Shown: piece after piece, positions 58,857 through 64,000 of the stretch
Layout: every line of letters begins with the position of its first letter
How positions within the stretch are numbered: the first letter of the stretch is position 1
Made by a program: the position numbers and the translations under genes
NCBI GenBank assembly: GCA_002269645.1
Contig: NIVC01001494.1
Coordinates: 124,001-188,000, forward strand
Source of the DNA: Macrostomum lignano
Taxonomy: Eukaryota
DNA length: 64,000 nt
Reading direction: 5' to 3'
The notes under the pieces: model-generated
The model's input: the letters and a program-made list of their open reading frames with translations, nothing else
Databases searched by the model: none
Told to the model about the DNA's origin: nothing

Positions 58857-61800
58857 TCAGTCCGCCATGATCTGGTGAATGAGGAACCCCTTCTTCTTCT
58901 TGGGGCTGGCGGCCGGCGCTGCTGAAGCTGCCGAAGCTGGCGAAGCGGCTCCGGCCGAAGTCAGAGGCTCGAAGCTTCTTTGGGAAGCCGGCAGCGGCGG
59001 CATCGGCGGCGGCGACGCAGGCGGCCCGGGCGGGAAGAGGCCCGGCCAGAACAGGCCGCCGTACGGAGCGCGCGGCAGCGGAGGCGGCGGGGGTCCCCCG
59101 AGCTGGTGGTGGCGGGCCGGCCCGCCGGAGCGGCAGTGGCTCGCGGCAGCGGCAACGGCTGCGGCTGCCAGGCAGCTGAAATCGCAGCTCTGATGCGGCT
59201 GGTGATGCAGCTGGTGATGAAGCTGGTGCTGCTGGTGCTGCTGGTGCTGGTCGAAGGCGGATCTGTAGTGGTGGATGGTGCTGCCACCCCCGCGGCCGCT
59301 GCCCCAGCCTTCCAGCCGGGGCCGCCGGTCCTCCGGCAGGTCCTGCAGGTCGGCGGAGGCGCCGTCGGCTGCCGGACGCTTCAGACCGGCGAAGCAGCGG
59401 CCCATGGGGCTGACGGGCAGCAGCACCGGTGGCTCCAGGTGGCCGCCAGCTCGTGGGTGGGGATGGTGGTGATGGAGCAGAGAGTCTGCGGGAGCGGAAG
59501 TCGGGGGAGGTGGGTTCTGCAGTGATTAAGCGAGTTTAATTGGTCCATAAAACAGAGGCAGGTGGAGTTTTAAACTGAGCTGGAGGCAGTTGGGGTTCCG
59601 TGAGCAGTCACGCATTATACTGCTCTGTGCTACACTGGGGCAGCCCATCGCAGCCCCATTGTCTGAGTGCGGGCTTATGAAATCCGTTTATGGGAAACGA
59701 ATGAACAGTTCAGGCTTTGCTGGGAGGCGCCATCGAGGGTGGCAACTTTCTCCCCTGCTCTGCCCACCCCGACACGGCCCAGGCTGTAAAGTTTATTGTT
59801 CAGCAGGCCACCGCAGCCTCGTCCCGCAGCAGGGAAGTGGCGCCCTGCACTGACACCTGACAGTCGGGGGGGGGGGGCCTCTGCGGGCAGTTTAATGGCC
59901 CTTGCTGCAGGAGCGGTGGGTCTTCTACAGCACTGCAGGCCCGCCTCACTGGCTGAGCATATCAATGCTGCTGTCTGCTTGAATGACCTCATTATTTGGG
60001 GGGGGGGGTAATCTCTACGATTCACAAAGCCGGGCATTCACAAACTCGGACATTCACAAGCCCAGACATTCACAAACCCAGACATTCACAAACCCAGATA
60101 TTCACAAACCCAGAAATTCACAAACCCAGAAATTCACAAACCCGGACATTCACAAAACCCGAACATTCACAAACCCGGAAATTCACAAAACCCGAACATT
60201 CACAAACCCAGGCATAAAAAGCCTAGACATTAAAAAACCGGAAATTTAAATACTCGGACATTCACATTTACCCGGACATTCACATTTACCCGGACATTCA
60301 CATTACCCGGACATTCACATTTACCCGGACATTCACATTTACCCGGACATTCACAAACCCGGACATTCACAAAACCCGAACATTCACAAACCCGGAAATT
60401 CACAAACCCGGACATTCACAAACCCAGGCATAAAAAGCCTAGACATTAAAAAACCGGAAATTTAAATACTCGGACATTCACATTTACCCGGACATTCACA
60501 TTTACCCGGACATTCACATTACCCGGACATTCACATTTACCCGGACATTCACATTTACCCGGACATTCACATTACCCGGACATTCACAAAACCAGAACAT
60601 TCACAAACCCGGAAATTCACAAACCCGGACATTCACAAACCCGGACATTCACAAACCCGGACATTCACAAACCCGGACACGAATATAGCGAATTTTAACT
60701 CCACAGTGCTTTCGGGCTTCCCTAGAAAAAAAACAAGAATGCCTGAATGGGAGTGGAAAGAGAAACCTGCCAGCAGGATGTCTCCGCGCTCACCGATCCC
60801 TGCAGTCTCACTTTCTGTCTTCCACAGAAGACAATTATTCTCCCATTCATCGACTCTCCAGCTCAAGAAGAAAAAAGCTGCCTCCCAGATTTAGCGGAAT
60901 TTTTGCCCGGGAGAAAGCCGGAGAAAAAAGCAAATTATTTTAGCGGCCGTTCTGCCGGCGGTCCCGCACAAAGGCGGCGGGAGCTCCGCGCGGGAGGGGC
61001 TGGGGAGCGAAGAATCACTTTTGCGGAGCTTCCCGAAGCCGCCGGGGACGGATTCGAGGGTCAGCTTTTTTCTGCCTCTACCCAGGCGGCTCCCAGCCTC
61101 CCCGACACTCCGTCGGAGCCGCTCCTTCATCTCGCGAGCTGCCCCGGCGCCGTCTTCCCGGCGGGCTGCAGCGGTTCCGCTTGCCCGCCCGAGCGGTTCA
61201 GGCGCTCCCCGCTCAACTGATTTGCTGCTGCTCCGCTTTTTTCAAGAATTGGTTTCAGGAAATTTGCCGAGCTCAGTCGGGCTTGACTGCGGGAGGCGGG
61301 GCTGGCGGGAGAAGACGCGGGACCAGCCGGGAGAGGCGAATTCAGTGCCTGCCTGCACTCGCTACCAGCAGCAGCCTCTGCCGCCACCGAGCCGTGACCC
61401 GCCGCCACTGCAACTCTCAGCTGCCTGCCGACTTTCATCAAGCGGCCTTAGAAATGAGCGGGCATTGTTGAAACTGATTTTTTCACTTGAGCAAAAATAA
61501 CTTTCAATTGTTGCAGCAGACAGGCCGGGTCGGCTCCCGGCTCCCGGCTAATTATTGGGAATTAATTCCTTCGCTGATGAGGCGAGAAAGAGAGAGCGAA
61601 AGATGAGGGGAGGCGGCAGACAGTCCAGGAAGCTGCGGACTGCCAAAGACGATGGCGCTCTCTTTTTCTGGAGCTCTAATTGAGCGAACAATGCACAGAG
61701 TGCCGCCGCTGCTGCCGCCAACTTTCCCCTCTGATAGCTGCAACTCGCCCCCCCCCCTAGCTTGAGCCCGGCTGCCTCAGTGCGGGCAGAGCAGGCAGAC

Positions 61801-63600
61801 AAGGCATTGCTTTGAAGCCAAGCAGAGAGCCTTTATTGCGGCGGGGGTCAGAGATCCGTATCTGGCCTCCCAGCCAGTGCGTCGCCTCTTTCGCCCCCCC
61901 CCCACTAAACCCGCTGGACAAAGTGGCAGCAGCGACTTGAAAAGGCCAAACACAGGCCGCCCCAACCCCCCTCCGCGCTGCTGCTCAAAAAAGCCCGACG
62001 GAAGCCGTGCGAGGGGGGGGCGGCCCAAGCTGAAGGAGCCACCCACAGCTGTCTGTCTCGCTGTCTGTGTCTCCTCTCTCTGCCCCCCCCCCCAAGTCGG
62101 GCCCCGGCGCTCCCGCACCCCAGCCCAGGCCGCTTGGCGCCAGCTCTGACAGCAGCGGCGGCAGCGGCGGCAGCGGCCAGCAGCGGAGGGTGAGACTGGG
62201 GTTGCCACCGCAGATCCCACGCAGCTCAGGTGGGGCAGCCACCGCCCCCACCCTGCTGAGGGCCATTGTTGCCGCGGCGCCTGGAAGGTGCCAACCGCAG
62301 CCCGCCGCCCTGCAGATCTGCCCCCCCCCCACCTCGCATGGCCGGCCAGCTCTCTCTGTCTTTTCAAGCCTTGATGGCTTCAGCACCAACCGCTGTCGCC
62401 CTGTGCCCCTCCCATCTGCATCTGTAACATCTTGCGCGTCTCGGCCAGCCGGGCATCTTCTTTGTTGTTTTACACGGCAGCGACGGCGGCCTTAGCGACA
62501 GATTTTCAAGCTCGGCTCTCGCGGCTCCGCGGGGCCAGGGGCCACTTCAAGTCGTCTCCGCTTGATTCTGGAGCTGGTGAGGGTTTTTGCACGGGCGGTG
62601 CCCACTCCCCATTACCCACTCCCCTCTCCCCAATCCCCTCTCCCCAATCCCCTCTACCCACTCCCCTCTCGACTGATCGACCTGCCAGGCTTCGCGGGCC
62701 CGAAGGTGGAGATTTCCGCCTGGAAGAGTCCGCAAGAGCTGCTCGGAGACTCTCGCGCTCGGGCGGCAGCCGCCGCCGCCGCCGCCGCCAAGCTCGAAGT
62801 CACGCAACGCAGCTGCCCCGCAGTCTCCGGGCCTTTGCGCTGCGCCGGGACTGAGGCTGGAGTCAGGAAGAAGCTGACTGCAGACCGGGGGCGGCGAGGG
62901 CGGGTCAAAGCGGAAGGCGGCGGCTCCGCCGATCCAAGCGGCTCCACGCCCGATGGGCAGCGAAGTGGGAAGCGGCGATGGGGTGGGGCCGATCTCCATC
63001 AGCGCCTCCGCCCGGCCCGAAGTGGCTGAAGGACCCCCGGGCCGGGGTTTTGAGGCCGGGAAGCTCCGTGACCCGCAGAGTTTTAATGATGACGCCCCGG
63101 ACTGTGGAGTGCGGATGCGGGCCGAGGGAGCTCAAAGGCAGGCCTGGGCTTGAGGCGGACGGCAAAGCCAAGGCAGGCTGTACCGTTCTGGGCCCAATTA
63201 AGGCGATGCCGCCTACTGAAAGTTGCTCCGCTTTTCACCGGCGGGGCCGGTGGGGCTCCGCTTCAGGCAAGAGGTGAGCTCAAATCCCAATTGCTCAAAA
63301 TTGCTGCTGCGTCTTCTTTCGCTACAACAGCGCCGCCCGAGAGCTAATTGCGATCCAGATCCCGCCACAGGCCTGCAGGGATTTCTCCCCAGACCTCTCG
63401 TGCGTTGAAGCAAACAAAACAGAAAAAGAAAACTGCTCAATGCGACACTCACCTGCCATGGCCAGCTGATGGCGCTCGCGCAGCCCAGCCTCCTTGGCCT
63501 CGGCCAGTAGCGAGCTCGAGTCGTCCGAGTCCTCGCTGTCGCTCTGGCCGCCCGACTGTCCGCTCTGCTGCTGCCGGCTCCTGCGGGATTCGAGCCCGGG
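58857..63600 (-). CDS. 3' part of a probable transcription factor (His/Gln/Pro/Ala-rich, C-terminal eh1-like motif); DNA-binding domain not in window
   Basis: The terminal exon 59485-58857 (acceptor cccgcag, phase 1) ends KKKKGFLIHQIMAD*. It joins in phase to an exon ending at 63453 (GCAG|gtgagt; SDSEDSDD...GLRERHQLAMA) that starts at 63580 or 63600. Confidence 0.65.
60030..60680. repeat. About 16-bp CACAAACCCGGACATT array with a 216-bp higher-order duplication
   Basis: The unique spacer GGCATAAAAAGCCTAGAC occurs at 60211 and 60427. Confidence 0.9.
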
Positions 63601-64000
63601 CTGTACAAACACGCCAAGCCCCCCAGCCTCCTCGCCTCATCAACTCAGCCCCAAAGCCCTATAATCCGCACGCAGCCGGGCTATTGTTGTCCCGCTGGCG
63701 GCAGGCCGCACGCCAGCTCAATTACCGGCCGCCCATTGTGCTCAGCCCGTGGAAAATGTTTGCAACTGCGGTGGCGCCTGCCCGCCTCGCCTGCCCGTCC
63801 GGCCGCGGCAACGTGCGAAATCGCCGCCTCCTCCTCCAGCGCCGCGGCCCGGCGTCGCCCCGGAGCTCCTGGCGAGACGCTCACGCGATCCGCCCGCATT
63901 GACTGCGGGGCCCCGAGGGCGGCCGCCCTGCCCCTCCCCAACTCCACTTTTCCCTCTGTCTCCACTCCGTCTCGGCTCCTCCGCCCCGATCTGTTGGTAA

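Noticed and set aside
60633-63400. GC-rich ORFs of 100-200 aa on both strands
   Set aside because: No recognisable domains. The region falls within the predicted intron of the eh1-motif gene, although hidden exons cannot be excluded.

Overview
Animal (invertebrate) genomic DNA, not prokaryotic. GC-rich exons alternate with introns and spacers packed with mini- and microsatellites. This pattern is most consistent with a free-living flatworm such as Macrostomum, which is my inference and not a database result. Supported genes are an Rh-family ammonium transporter (minus, 6 coding exons, 3' end outside the window), an intronless secreted phospholipase-A2-like protein with an altered active site (minus), ARL5 (minus) and a heparan sulfate 6-O-sulfotransferase (plus) arranged head to head around a 5.5-kb AT-rich, CpG-poor island, a complete 15-exon Tolloid/BMP1 metalloprotease (minus), a small Cys-rich two-TM protein (plus), and the last two exons of a probable transcription factor ending in an eh1-like motif (minus). 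Mobile DNA comprises a solo LTR with a 4-bp TSD, a foldback element with an 8-9-bp TSD, a MITE-like inverted repeat and a decayed tRNA-like SINE head. The main oddities are as follows. ARL5 and HS6ST both lack a local ATG and open in frame directly after a splice acceptor, so a spliced-leader AUG could be their start. Several Tolloid minisatellites duplicate real splice sites, one of them in frame. The PLA2-like protein has His-Arg instead of His-Asp and is flanked by RFX X-boxes. The LTR is dense with AP-1, CRE, MEF2 and NF-kB motifs. Two minisatellites multiply transcription-factor motifs. Most long ORFs in the supplied track are translations of repeats.
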